From the IMG/VR virus record IMGVR_UViG_3300046163_000090, positions 53,478 through 117,477 of that record: 64,000 bases of DNA; one strand, given 5' to 3'. Below the pieces are notes generated by a model. That model was not told where the DNA came from. It saw nothing but the letters and a program-made list of their open reading frames with translations, and ran no database searches. The position numbers and the translations under genes are program-made. This document shows positions 47,010-55,302 of this stretch, piece by piece (the first letter of the stretch is position 1; every line of letters begins with the position of its first letter). The stretch comes from a virus.

Positions 47010-47419
47010 GATATATATGCTGTTACTTTGTTGTGTGTTAATGAAACTTCATCTGCGTAGTATACAAAACTTTCATCCTTCTTGTCAACAAAAGTTTCAT
47101 ACTTGTATGGATTGTATGTTACCTCAACTTCCCTAGTGATAACTTGGGGATTGCGAGATACATTCTCAGCATCCTGAAGATAGCCCTTGACGAAAGCATG
47201 GACATTCTTACGCTTCTCGCGAAGCACTTTCTCTCTACCCTTGACATCGACATGAAAATAGCAATCCCATAATCCAATAGCATGATCCTTTGGGATGTGT
47301 GCCTTGACTAATCCATGTTGCTTGATGCTCCAACAATCCTTGTGAAGATTCTTGTAAACATATACGGGACGATTCTTTTTAATCGTGTATCTTGGGTCGT
47401 GTTGGTTTCTTAAGATCAT
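47006..47419 (-). CDS. conserved phage protein (VYxNLH..KRKNVHAFV..YNPY family)
   Basis: VYVYKNLHKDCWSI..GREKVLREKRKNVHAFVKG..VTYNPYK..FV. Confidence 0.8.
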   Translation of the reverse strand: MILRNQHDPRYTIKKNRPVYVYKNLHKDCWSIKQHGLVKAHIPKDHAIGLWDCYFHVDVKGREKVLREKRKNVHAFVKGYLQDAENVSRNPQVITREVEVTYNPYKYETFVDKKDESFVYYADEVSLTHNKVTAYIS

Positions 47420-47484
47420 AAGAATACAGTAATCAATTTTTGTACTGATTGCAAGAAAAAAGTTAGTTAAATTGCATTTTGTCG

Positions 47485-47551
47485 TAAGTTGTTTACAGTA
47501 AGGGACTTACGGCAGCCTGGCCGCCGCAACCCGTTGGTATTCAACGAGTTG
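47485..47551. repeat. 67-bp dyad element E9
   Basis: taagttgtttacagtaagggactta-cggcagcctggccgccg-caacccgttggtattcaacgagttg. Confidence 0.85.
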
Positions 47552-47573
47552 CGTAATAATTTAGCAGTTCAGC

Positions 47574-47711
47574 TTAGCTGTTAAAATGCTTGGCTATTAA
47601 ACCTCTAAGAGCAACAGGAGCTTCGCGATAGTATTTTCTTTGACCGAAAGACCAGGTTAATTGTTCGCCATCGATAAGTCCGTTAGTAGTGTTGTTGCTT
47701 GCGTTGTTCAT
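47574..47711 (-). CDS. 45-aa hypothetical protein, sole gene between E9 and E10 (not in ORF track)
   Basis: MNNASNNTTNGLIDGEQLTWSFGQRKYY..; GAAAGGA SD and a TTGACA-17-TAATGT promoter. Confidence 0.6.
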   Translation of the reverse strand: MNNASNNTTNGLIDGEQLTWSFGQRKYYREAPVALRGLIAKHFNS

Positions 47712-47805
47712 TTTTTTCCTTTCGTTAGGGTTATTGTTAATATACATATACATTAGTCGATTAATGGCCTCATGTCAAACTTTTTTTCATCTTTTTTTAA
47801 TTTTT

Positions 47806-47872
47806 TAAATCGTTGACTATCAAGGGTTTCCAGCAGCCTGGCCGCCACAAGTCGTTGATGGACAGCACTTTA
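47806..47872. repeat. 67-bp dyad element E10
   Basis: taaatcgttgactatcaagggtttc-cagcagcctggccgcca-caagtcgttgatggacagcacttta. Confidence 0.85.
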
Positions 47873-48071
47873 TGAAATTTTTAATTCATATTCAATTTTA
47901 ATTTAATTTAATTTTATATCATATATATTATATTTGAGACTTATTTATTTGTTATTGATTTGTTCCCTATTGATTTGTATATTGTATACTGTATTTATTG
48001 TTATGATCTCCAGCCAGCAATAAAACAAACAGTGCAAATTAAGGTCCACATGATTGAGTCTAGATATTCCA

Positions 48072-48326
48072 TTACTTGGCGACGTTTAAAGCTTCCTTGA
48101 GAAGGTCGTACTGTTTGCCCGACAAAAAGACTGACCTGCAATAGTCTATGTCGTTGCCCTCTACATCTGCAATTCGATCTGCAGCTAACCAGGCTGATAC
48201 CCGTTCGCGTTCCATGCCTCCCCATTTAATAACAACTTTCATTGCGGGAAAGTGCTCGGCGATCTCTGCGAGCTCTGCTTTAGTAAGGTATCCGTAGTTT
48301 GATAATATGTTTTTTAATGTCTTCAT
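48072..48326 (-). CDS. hypothetical protein
   Basis: 84 aa with a TTGACT-type promoter upstream. Confidence 0.7.
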   Translation of the reverse strand: MKTLKNILSNYGYLTKAELAEIAEHFPAMKVVIKWGGMERERVSAWLAADRIADVEGNDIDYCRSVFLSGKQYDLLKEALNVAK

Positions 48327-48363
48327 GATAGTACTATAGTAAATAAATGAACCCTAGTCAAAC

Positions 48364-48414
48364 AAAAAACCCCCCAATGTAAGGAAATACCACTAAACTT
48401 ACGAAGGGGGGTTT
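48364..48414 (-). terminator. terminator-like hairpin downstream of the candidate ncRNA
   Basis: Minus strand AAACCCCCC..GTAAG..CTTAC..GGGGGGTTTTTT. Confidence 0.7.
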
Positions 48415-48435
48415 ATGTACAATGAAACAAAATAT

Positions 48436-48738
48436 GTGTGGGGAAGGATTACTGTATACCTCCAACTTTTCGGCGCGAACATCAGTTCATGGATTACCTA
48501 CTTCGAACTACAGACTAGACATGGTATTGTCGTTTGGCTCATCCGATTGGACTCTACCAACCCCACCACAGGGATCTGCATACCTTAGCCCGCTCACGAC
48601 AGGCTTATTCGAGTCACCCACAGGAAGGATTATAAGCCCTTCCAAAGTGAATTGAGTCATGGTCATCCGCTCGCTACCCATTCGGCATCTGATCTTACGA
48701 TTCTCACCGACCTTAGCTTCGTCCGATGCTGACTCAAA
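48436..48738 (-). ncRNA. candidate ~300-nt structured non-coding RNA
   Basis: GC-rich island with no credible ORF and many helices (TTGAGTCA/TGACTCAA, GGAAGGG/TCCTTCC, TGTGGG/CCCACA, AGCCTG/CGGGCT). Has its own promoter, a boxA-like motif and a terminator. Confidence 0.75.
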
Positions 48739-48744
48739 TTAAAA

Positions 48745-48842
48745 TATTAAAGAACAAAAAATTTAGATTTATTTTATTTATTTGAGTTAATCTTTCTCAA
48801 TGTTATGGTATATATTATACTATATTAAATGTTATTTGTCAA
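48745..48842 (-). promoter_or_regulatory. consensus sigma70 promoter plus boxA-like antitermination motif
   Basis: TTGACA(48842-48837)-17-TATAAT(48819-48814); TGTTCTTTAATA at 48756-48745. Confidence 0.85.
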
Positions 48843-48967
48843 GAAGTAATTTGTATTTTGATGAGAAAATATCAAGAGTGTTCAAATAAGCGCGACCTGC
48901 TTGTTCTGCGACATCCACAGACTCTATGCCTCTTGATATAATGTTATCACTTAGTAACCAGACGAAA

Positions 48968-49210
48968 TTATTTATTTAGACTCCTTAATTCTCGCAATAA
49001 TTCTCTTATTTTAAAAAAGCTTTTATCGGGCGGAAACAATTTAGCATGAGCCTCAGAGTCGTGCGCTCTATATAAATCATCCACAAATTCTTCCACTTTA
49101 ACTAATTTAATTAACATTAATTCTTTTTTAGTTAATTTTTCATATAACTCTTCATTAGTTGCAAATAAACTAACATCTTCTTTATCAATAATTTTCTTTA
49201 TCTCTGTCAT
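48968..49210 (-). CDS. hypothetical protein
   Basis: Start reassigned to MTEIKK after a TTGACT promoter. Confidence 0.6.
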   Translation of the reverse strand: MTEIKKIIDKEDVSLFATNEELYEKLTKKELMLIKLVKVEEFVDDLYRAHDSEAHAKLFPPDKSFFKIRELLRELRSLNK

Positions 49211-49249
49211 AGTATATATATTAGTGAAGTTTAAGATAGAAGTCAAGGA

Positions 49250-49675
49250 CTATCGACACTCGTTGAATACTTTCATGTTTTTGTCATGACGCAGTTTCTT
49301 GAGAGCTTTAGCCTCGATCTGACGCACTCGCTCACGAGTAAGACCGACGGCAGTGCCTATCTCCTGCAATTTAAACGAACGATTAGGTTGGAATATGGTT
49401 GCCCATGTTCTCATCGCTTGTAGTTTATCGTCAACTTTATCGCCCTCAAAATCGGGTATATCTATTTTGCGCGACTGAATATCATATAACATTTCATTAA
49501 TGTATTCATCATTTTCGATAGCTTCCTTCCTTTGTTGCAATAGTCGAATAATAACAAAGCGATTTTCTTGAAATAATTTTAATTCATCATCATTTAATTC
49601 ATAATAATCTACAAATCCTTGATCAATTTCTTTTGAATTTTGTGCGATATGGTCTTTAAGTTCTTGGTCTGTCAT
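49250..49675 (-). CDS. sigma70 region 4-like HTH protein
   Basis: C-terminal LQEIGTAVGLTRERVRQIEAKALKKLRH closely matches RpoD region 4.2. Confidence 0.85.
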   Translation of the reverse strand: MTDQELKDHIAQNSKEIDQGFVDYYELNDDELKLFQENRFVIIRLLQQRKEAIENDEYINEMLYDIQSRKIDIPDFEGDKVDDKLQAMRTWATIFQPNRSFKLQEIGTAVGLTRERVRQIEAKALKKLRHDKNMKVFNECR

Positions 49676-49679
49676 AGTA

Positions 49680-49871
49680 TTATGCTCCTTGTTTACGAAG
49701 TTGACGTTGGGCTTGAATTTGTTTGAGACGCCTATCTGCCTCTCTTTGTTGGGCGATTATGCTATCCTCTACTACTGATCCGTAATCAGCGAATCGAGAC
49801 ATACGAACATAAACTCCGTTCTTGATGTTGGTCATTATGGTTGATGTTCTTGTTGATTTTGCAGTACTCAT
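49680..49871 (-). CDS. hypothetical protein
   Basis: Start reassigned to MSTAKS after a GAAAGGA SD. Confidence 0.6.
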   Translation of the reverse strand: MSTAKSTRTSTIMTNIKNGVYVRMSRFADYGSVVEDSIIAQQREADRRLKQIQAQRQLRKQGA

Positions 49872-50014
49872 TAGTTTTCCTTTCGTTGGTTGTTGGTTAA
49901 GATAAGAATACAATAGTGGATGTGGCGCGCGAAGTCAATACTTTTTTTTGAATTTTTTTGAAATAATTTTAATTTATAAAAATTTGATTATCAATTAGTT
50001 ATGCAAGCCGACCT

Positions 50015-50503
50015 TTAGAATATTCTTTCATCTTCATCATTATCATTTTGCAACTTATCCTTCTTGTATTGTTTGTAGTTCTTTATTGCTCGCTTCCAAT
50101 CTTCTTCGGTCATCTCATAGAATCCATTCTTGAATTGCCCTTGAGTGAATTCCTCTGAATGATATTCCTTCGCGGGCTTTTTATTTACAACATTTTCTTT
50201 TGTATTTATTTCGGCAACAATCTCTCGATCCTGCATACTATCATTAACATAATACTTATTTGTGAAAATTTCTTTTACATTTAATCCATTATTTGTTATT
50301 TGATTTAATTCATTTTTAATTTCATTTATTTGTGATTCAATTAATTCGAATACTCCTTCTTTATTTGTCTTCTCTCCTGTTGTAATATTATCTAATATTT
50401 GATCATCATCTATTTCGACGTCCATCTTTCGCATTTCGGCGCGCAGTTCAAGTATGTGATCAAGTCGGTTATTTATTCGTTTTGCAATATTCATAACAAC
50501 CAT
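50015..50503 (-). CDS. hypothetical protein
   Basis: 162-aa ORF. Confidence 0.65.
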   Translation of the reverse strand: MVVMNIAKRINNRLDHILELRAEMRKMDVEIDDDQILDNITTGEKTNKEGVFELIESQINEIKNELNQITNNGLNVKEIFTNKYYVNDSMQDREIVAEINTKENVVNKKPAKEYHSEEFTQGQFKNGFYEMTEEDWKRAIKNYKQYKKDKLQNDNDEDERIF

Positions 50504-50542
50504 TATGGCGCTATTTCGCGCAAAGTCAATAGCAAATTTAAT

Positions 50543-50761
50543 TTATTTATAATCTATTTGAGTATAATCGAATCCTGTTTGAAATGGTGGAAAGAGAAGA
50601 ATCAAACCCTTGTCCATGTATACTGCACTACGCGGAAATCCTTGGTGATTGTAATATTCTACATTCTCAACTGCATTATTTACGTCGCCTAGAATCGCGC
50701 TGAACCCTTCATCCCCCTCCATCCAATAATCTAGGTAATCGCTTATTTCGCTCGACTTCAT
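50543..50761 (-). CDS. hypothetical protein
   Basis: 72-aa ORF. Confidence 0.6.
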   Translation of the reverse strand: MKSSEISDYLDYWMEGDEGFSAILGDVNNAVENVEYYNHQGFPRSAVYMDKGLILLFPPFQTGFDYTQIDYK

Positions 50762-51432
50762 TCAAATTCAATTTAATTACATTAAAATATAATATCAATT
50801 AAACTACCAATAACTCCGCCCAATAGTGTTGCATATATAAGATAAGATATGGGGTTATCCATTATTTAGCCTCGTTTTGTTCGCGCGGGCTAATAAAATC
50901 TTATTTCTTTTGTAGTTATTTCGCATTTTTTTCTTATTTATTCAAATTTAAAATTCATTATTATTTACAAAAATTTATTATTTAGTTATTTCGCGCCAAA
51001 TTAATTCAAATTTAATTAGATTAAGTTAAATTAAATCAAAATTATTTTTGTTTATTTTCGATCAATATAGATTGGAAATCCAAATTTATTATATTCAATT
51101 TTTTTGTTAATTAATTTGTCAGAATTTGATTCGATTTGTTTTGGCTGATCTCTGTCTGATTTTTTAAACCAATTTAATTTAATAAAATATTTTATATATT
51201 TAAGTCGCGCACCACTTGCAACCATTTTCCCCCACAATGACCCACTTTTCATTACAAAAACCTCGCAATCCCTTTATCCATGCGGTTTTCCGCAAATTCC
51301 TAATTCAATTAATTCATTCATAATTATATTCAATTTCATCTATTATTTTATATATTCTCTCTATTGTATTCTGTATTATATTCTATTGTACTTATCTTTA
51401 TAAAGTATATTGTAAATTATAAGAAGAAATTA

Positions 51433-51684
51433 TTAAGAATCTTTGTTAGCTTGCATGAGAGCTTGGGAAAGTAAGAAACGATTCTTGGAGTCGTAAACCC
51501 TTCCGTTTTCGTCTTGAGGCATATGGGAAATTACCTCTTCCTTATCTAACCCAAGCACCTCACACATAGCAAGAATTTTACGCAGAATGCCCATGTCTCG
51601 ATACTTGAGAATTGCCCACAAAGCATCCATTTGATGTTCGTTAGCTTCACTAATTTTCTCAAATAATAAGTTTACATCATTCAT
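51433..51684 (-). CDS. hypothetical protein
   Basis: 83 aa, downstream of the rIIB-like gene. Confidence 0.7.
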   Translation of the reverse strand: MNDVNLLFEKISEANEHQMDALWAILKYRDMGILRKILAMCEVLGLDKEEVISHMPQDENGRVYDSKNRFLLSQALMQANKDS

Positions 51685-51706
51685 CGCAAATATGTAATTA
51701 GTTTAA

Positions 51707-52834
51707 TTATGCAACTACTCGCAACTTATACATTGGAATGTCATCATTATCTTCGACTGCAAATCCAAGTCTATCTAAAATTGATAACAAATCTTTACAA
51801 GTTAAATTGTTTTTCTTGCATACTCTTAATGCAGTAATTTGATTAAGTGTTGGATTTTCTCCTTGACTTATCTTATCTTCTACATAATTGCGGATTGAAG
51901 TATCAAGTGAATCATCCGTTTGATCCATGTCATAATCATCATCATCTGAAAGATCGGGTAAATCTACATCATCATAATCGACATAGTCATAATCCTCTTC
52001 TTCATCATAATCATCAGCATCGACATCGTCATCTGATCCATAGATGGGCTTATTAGCTTCATAGATAGGTCTATTTAACTCTTTTCGGGTATCAGTAATA
52101 TCAGAGATCACTTTGTACTTAGAAACCCTAAGTTTTTGAAAATCACAATCAGTTGGTACAGATACTGCATCAGCAGGATCAAACTCGACAACAAGCAATC
52201 TACCACTTTCTCCTGCCCATTCATTAGCATAATCGTATGAACCGACATGAAGACCAAAAGAACAATGATTATCCTTATTGTCATCTACGCATCTGCGAGC
52301 GACTTCAATTGTTGCACCAACCTCATTGAGAATTTGGTGACGATCATTAGTTTTGCCTTGCAATACGATTGTATCTGCGTTACCTGTTGAACTCCAATAG
52401 TTGGATTGTACACCTTTGTAACCCAATATTTTACCTTCGGGAGTATTGGCGAGTGACTTATAACTCATAAAAGAATAGAGTTCGTTTACAGAGTTGGCGC
52501 TTGGATTGGATTGCAATCTAGTAATAAAGTTTGTGAGCGGAGCAGAATCCTTCATACCTGCTCGCAACATTTCGAGTAATTTGTCAACGACAACACCATG
52601 CAAGCGATGACCTTTGTAGAATACAACTTCATCCTTGACTTCGATGTCACCTTCGATAAAGTTTTCTACTGCTTTTGTGATGTCAATAAGATCACCTAGA
52701 TCATCATATCGAGCTTCAAGAATTGCTTTCTTAGCGAGGTTGAAATTAACATGATCTTTGCGTAGGGTATAAGGCTTGCCTTCCCAAAAGATTGTGAGTG
52801 AATTTTCAGTGAGTTGATATGGTACTTGATTCAT
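51707..52834 (-). CDS. rIIB: rIIB-like protein
   Basis: F..RLQSNPS..SVNELYSF..GKILGYKGV..VDDNKDNHCSFGLHVG..DPADAVSVPTD..KLRVSKYKV; adjacent to the rIIA-like gene. Confidence 0.85.
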   Translation of the reverse strand: MNQVPYQLTENSLTIFWEGKPYTLRKDHVNFNLAKKAILEARYDDLGDLIDITKAVENFIEGDIEVKDEVVFYKGHRLHGVVVDKLLEMLRAGMKDSAPLTNFITRLQSNPSANSVNELYSFMSYKSLANTPEGKILGYKGVQSNYWSSTGNADTIVLQGKTNDRHQILNEVGATIEVARRCVDDNKDNHCSFGLHVGSYDYANEWAGESGRLLVVEFDPADAVSVPTDCDFQKLRVSKYKVISDITDTRKELNRPIYEANKPIYGSDDDVDADDYDEEEDYDYVDYDDVDLPDLSDDDDYDMDQTDDSLDTSIRNYVEDKISQGENPTLNQITALRVCKKNNLTCKDLLSILDRLGFAVEDNDDIPMYKLRVVA

Positions 52835-52930
52835 TTTAGCTTTTCTCCTTTTGTTAATAATAAGTATAGTTTAGTATGTTTTCTATGTTCTGTCAATAGT
52901 TTTTTTAAAAAAGTTTGGGCAAGGGAGCAA

Positions 52931-55231
52931 TCACTCCCCCTTACCCTTTATGGAATCACATAAACAAATATAATCTAAGATAGTTTCATTAGTAACGTTA
53001 TTGTCATTGTCTTTCTTTAGATTGATCCATTGATTGACATTACTAGCAATAAGTTTAAGAAATGGATAATTTTTATTAATTAAGTTGAAGTCTTTCATAA
53101 CTGATTCAGAATCAACTTTTGTATCCAATACATCATCTAACCATGCTTGGTCACCTAACTTGACTACATTGATTGCGACACTAAATTTACGATCAGTTTC
53201 TCTCTCTTCCATAAGAAGATTCCAATTGTCAATACAACGCACAAGCAAATGATCGTCATTTAAAGAAGATGTGTCAAATGCTTTATTGGTAAACAATTGA
53301 CCATAATTCCAACGATAATTAGAAAAATCTGCATTGGTAGAATTTTTGAATTGAATTATCTTGTATGCAGATTGACATTCTTTCTTATTGTCACGAATGA
53401 TGTTTTTGCAATAGTCAAGATAAAAGTCAAAGAATGATACCCATGTGCTTTTATCTAATTTTTTTACATCGCTTGTGCGAACACCAAATAATTGAAAAGT
53501 TTTTTCGTCTGAATTATCTTCAGCATTTTTGCGGATGCCTCTGCATATTTTGTAAACCCTGTCAAGATCATAATCTTCACTATCAACTTTGTAGTTCTTG
53601 ATTGGAACATAAATGATTTTATCATTGACAGAACCTTCAATTTCGTCTAGCTCAAGTGAATTGATTGGTTCGTTGACATTTTGCCAATAATCTGCATTGC
53701 GATAAGAGTAGGAAGCTTTATCCATTCTCATCTTGAACAATGGAATAGAAGCACGACTTGTACCCGAAACTTTACTGCGTACAATCTTTTCTTTCTCTAC
53801 TTGAGAAGAATATCTGATATGTTTTGGATCGACAAGATCGAATTGCCAATTATCATAAACTTCTGACTTACCGCATTCGGATGTTGCATGAACAATATAA
53901 ACACCTTTGAGGTCGGGCAAATCATTCATCAAGGTACGAACCCTAAGATTGTTACCATGAGATGAATCAACATCTTGAATCATCACAAGATAATTGTCTT
54001 GACAATAAATGCGATTTGTTTTAGTAGCTTTTACCTTGAAACCATTGCGAGAATCTTTATCTTCAATTTTCTCGTAATCAGTAATAATAAGATCGTCTTG
54101 AAGTTGATAATCTCTTTGAAATGTAGAATTATCAATCTTGATACCCTTCCACTCGAAACTATTCTCGAAAACACTTCTGACTTGATAGGGTAAAGCATTT
54201 ATAACTTTAGCATAATTTCTCTTTGCTCCCCACAAGTCTTCACTATCGGCAAGTTTTTCTTTTGCAATAGTTTGAATGTCTTGGCTAACTTTGTAAAGAA
54301 TTGCACAAATTTCTTTTTGAGTTGCTTTGTTGTATTCTAGCGACTCACGACTATGATGCAATCTTACTGAACCAAGAGGAACACGAAAGTAGAAATTATT
54401 TTGCGATAAAAGTTGTTGAATTATCTTGCAAGCATCTGCATTGGCAACAAAGTTGCTGACATTAATTGAGTTTGGATCAATTGGATAAGCAACTCTACCC
54501 ATAAGAATATGAGAGTAATAATGTGAATAACCATACCCACGATCTTCATTTACGAAAAACCATTTGTCAGTTTTACTTGATAAAACTTTTTGTGGAGTTT
54601 TAACGAAGTCATCTTCGACTCCTAGAAATTTAGGCATATCAGCATCAGAAAAGAATCGGAAGAAATTTTGAGCGACTCTTCTGAATTCGTCACGATCATC
54701 TTCAGCAACTGCAACTTCGATAGACAAACCTGTTGGTTCGGTGCTTGGTTCTTCAAACAACTTAGTAATCTTAGTATCGTCATTTTCATCGACAAATACA
54801 TTGTATGATGTTTTTGTACCATTATGGTAAGAAACACAAGTGAAGTTGTCACCATAAGAAAGTGGAGCAAATTTACCGATACCGAAAGCACCGATATAAT
54901 TGTTGCTTGTGCGTTTGGTTGACTTGCCATACTTGGAGTATAAACCAAATACATCTTCTTGGCTAAGTCCACCTCCGAAGTCGCGCACTGCAAAAGTTGG
55001 ATTCATGCTAGTTGGCAACTTTACTTCGATGGGGCGCGAAACATTTGCTTCGGCATTCGCATCGAGTGCATTGGCACTAATCTCGCGCACTACTGCAAGT
55101 CGAGTGTTGGAATAATTGTTTCTTAGTAGCGAAGCTACATATCTCATGTCTTCTGCATCAATAGTGCAATTGACTTGCTCGAAATTGTGTGAACTTACTA
55201 CTTCTTTGGATTTGTTTTCTGTGATTATCAT
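52931..55231 (-). CDS. rIIA: rIIA-like protein (N-terminal GHKL/HSP90-like ATPase)
   Basis: YSNTRLAVVREISANALDA..VRDFGGGLS..YGKSTK..IGAFGIGKFAP..MGRVAYP..SRESLEY. Confidence 0.88.
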   Translation of the reverse strand: MIITENKSKEVVSSHNFEQVNCTIDAEDMRYVASLLRNNYSNTRLAVVREISANALDANAEANVSRPIEVKLPTSMNPTFAVRDFGGGLSQEDVFGLYSKYGKSTKRTSNNYIGAFGIGKFAPLSYGDNFTCVSYHNGTKTSYNVFVDENDDTKITKLFEEPSTEPTGLSIEVAVAEDDRDEFRRVAQNFFRFFSDADMPKFLGVEDDFVKTPQKVLSSKTDKWFFVNEDRGYGYSHYYSHILMGRVAYPIDPNSINVSNFVANADACKIIQQLLSQNNFYFRVPLGSVRLHHSRESLEYNKATQKEICAILYKVSQDIQTIAKEKLADSEDLWGAKRNYAKVINALPYQVRSVFENSFEWKGIKIDNSTFQRDYQLQDDLIITDYEKIEDKDSRNGFKVKATKTNRIYCQDNYLVMIQDVDSSHGNNLRVRTLMNDLPDLKGVYIVHATSECGKSEVYDNWQFDLVDPKHIRYSSQVEKEKIVRSKVSGTSRASIPLFKMRMDKASYSYRNADYWQNVNEPINSLELDEIEGSVNDKIIYVPIKNYKVDSEDYDLDRVYKICRGIRKNAEDNSDEKTFQLFGVRTSDVKKLDKSTWVSFFDFYLDYCKNIIRDNKKECQSAYKIIQFKNSTNADFSNYRWNYGQLFTNKAFDTSSLNDDHLLVRCIDNWNLLMEERETDRKFSVAINVVKLGDQAWLDDVLDTKVDSESVMKDFNLINKNYPFLKLIASNVNQWINLKKDNDNNVTNETILDYICLCDSIKGKGE

Positions 55232-55302
55232 TGTTTTTGTGATTGTGTGATTTAAAGTATGATTCCATTATGACAGAGTTTTAAGTGATGTCAACACTTT
55301 TT

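Noticed and set aside
38170-47872. Classical integron with attC sites
   Set aside because: There is no intI in the window and no RYYYAAC/GTTRRRY ends. Genes have their own promoters and occur in both orientations.
38170-47872. Dyad elements as simple intrinsic terminators
   Set aside because: They have no U-tracts, one (E6) lies between divergent promoters, and separate canonical terminators abut E7 and E8.
48422-48655. 77-aa plus-strand ORF
   Set aside because: It is antisense to the promoter-boxA-terminator unit, has atypical composition and lacks an SD. It is better explained as the shadow of a structured RNA.
48436-48738. tRNA, tmRNA or RNase P assignment
   Set aside because: I could not find a cloverleaf, tmRNA acceptor ends or RNase P P4 consensus by eye, so it is left unassigned.
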